The position numbers and the translations under genes were made by a program. From positions 3,427 to 67,426 of IMG/VR virus record IMGVR_UViG_3300010399_000040: 64,000 nucleotides of DNA. One strand, 5' to 3'. Origin of the DNA: a virus. The notes beneath the pieces were generated by a model. It was not told the origin of the DNA. It saw only the letters and a list, made by a program, of their open reading frames with translations, and made no database searches. Positions 63,012 to 64,000 of this stretch are shown here, piece after piece (within the stretch, counting starts at the first letter, position 1; each line of letters starts with the position of its first letter).

Positions 63012-63404
63012 TCACTCCTTCTGGGGTTCGGTCGCGGCGAGGGCGGCGCGAGCAGCAGCGCAATCGTCGTGTTCGCAGGACTCGAAGCAGATTCCCGAAT
63101 GAGTGCTCAGAATCTCCCGCAACATCGCCACCTTCGCCCGCTCATCGTCGAGAGCATCGCACAGGGCGAGGATGGTCTGAGGATCGCACGCGGCGATGTA
63201 CTGAGCGTCGAGAATCTGTTGCTCTATCCACATATCGTTAGGAGACGTTTCAGCGATTGTGCCGTAGCCTGGACCTTTCGGACCCCAAACCATATCAGCG
63301 CCACTAGTGCCATACATCGGATGCGAATAGAACCATTGCCACGGTCCGGGCGTCGCCTTCTCAGCTAACTCCCGTAGCCGCTCAAGATGTATTCGGTGAT
63401 TCAT
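63012..63404 (-). CDS. Ead/Ea22-like protein
   Basis: LRELAEKATPGPW...DAQYIAACDPQTILAL. Confidence 0.7.
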   Translation of the reverse strand: MNHRIHLERLRELAEKATPGPWQWFYSHPMYGTSGADMVWGPKGPGYGTIAETSPNDMWIEQQILDAQYIAACDPQTILALCDALDDERAKVAMLREILSTHSGICFESCEHDDCAAARAALAATEPQKE

Positions 63405-63545
63405 TCCTTCATCCGCATCCAAAGCTGACCGAACGCTACCCCATGAGCAAACGAATCGGAGCGGTCCAGGAACGGGCATATAAGACCCCAGCCCGGCAAG
63501 CTCAGTCTCGTACGTGCCGATCTGGTCGATGCGAAGGATCATGGT

Positions 63546-63803
63546 TCACATTCCGGTAACGGGATGAGGGCCGTTGAGCAATGCCCCTTCGAGGCGGTTA
63601 TAAACATCCTCGCCCCGAAGGTTCACAGAGGCGTCGGAGAAGCATCGCCACAGGAAGCACACCCAGCAATCGGGGTCGTACTCGGCGTGCTCGCAGGCAT
63701 CGCAAAGCGTCTGGAGGATTTCCTCGCAGCCGTCCTCGATGAGCCCGACCTTCCGCCGAATGGCGCGGAGGATGTCCGCTTGCTCATTGGTTAGCCTGTT
63801 CAT
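63546..63803 (-). CDS. hypothetical protein
   Basis: GGAG RBS; CxxC motifs. Confidence 0.45.
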   Translation of the reverse strand: MNRLTNEQADILRAIRRKVGLIEDGCEEILQTLCDACEHAEYDPDCWVCFLWRCFSDASVNLRGEDVYNRLEGALLNGPHPVTGM

Positions 63804-64000
63804 GATTCACGCTCCGAAAAAGATTCGTCTTCCGGTTTTTCGTCATCGCTCACGTTTGGCTTCTCCTGTTTTGAATGAGCATAGCGCCCCGGCCACCATC
63901 ATTAGCGACCGGGGCGAAGTTATATCCGCGCTTTCTCCATCGCGCAAGTTGTACAACCACAATTGATGGGGTGCATTACACATCACCTTCCTCTCCGTTG

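Noticed and set aside
1-64000. Integrase, att-flanked prophage boundary or host genes
   Set aside because: None recognised; lifestyle cannot be determined from this window

Overview
This 64 kb window is most of a tailed dsDNA (siphovirus-like) phage genome. The host is probably a planctomycete (Gemmataceae-like), inferred from two TIGR02996-type domains and a planctomycete 'RLRFEQLESR' leader on an FG-GAP-like protein. Layout: (1) leftward early region 1-7.6 kb; (2) leftward DNA modification/replication region 7.8-23.8 kb with a TS-fold enzyme, glycosyltransferase, kinase, MazG-like protein, PolA, primase-helicase, Cas4-like nuclease, SF2 helicase, CsrA, a sigma-like protein and an XRE regulator; (3) rightward virion operon 24-56.4 kb from terminase to tail; (4) leftward sugar-modification and small-gene block 56.3-64 kb. 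The standout signal is eight type II hammerhead ribozymes on the minus strand between 2.45 and 7.39 kb. Each has an intact CUGANGA/GAAA/NUH core, covarying stems and a loop-I pseudoknot. Seven begin 0-5 nt after a stop codon, and all eight cut 48-91 nt upstream of the next start. They would process the early transcript into 1-3 gene units without a protein enzyme. Other leads are a tmRNA-like tRNA domain lacking an mRNA part, a probable cytosine hypermodification pathway, Asn-delimited polyprotein portal/MuF cargo, possible virion glycosylation at GTG(S/T) motifs, and CUG/AUC start codons. All assignments were made by eye from motifs; no searches were run.
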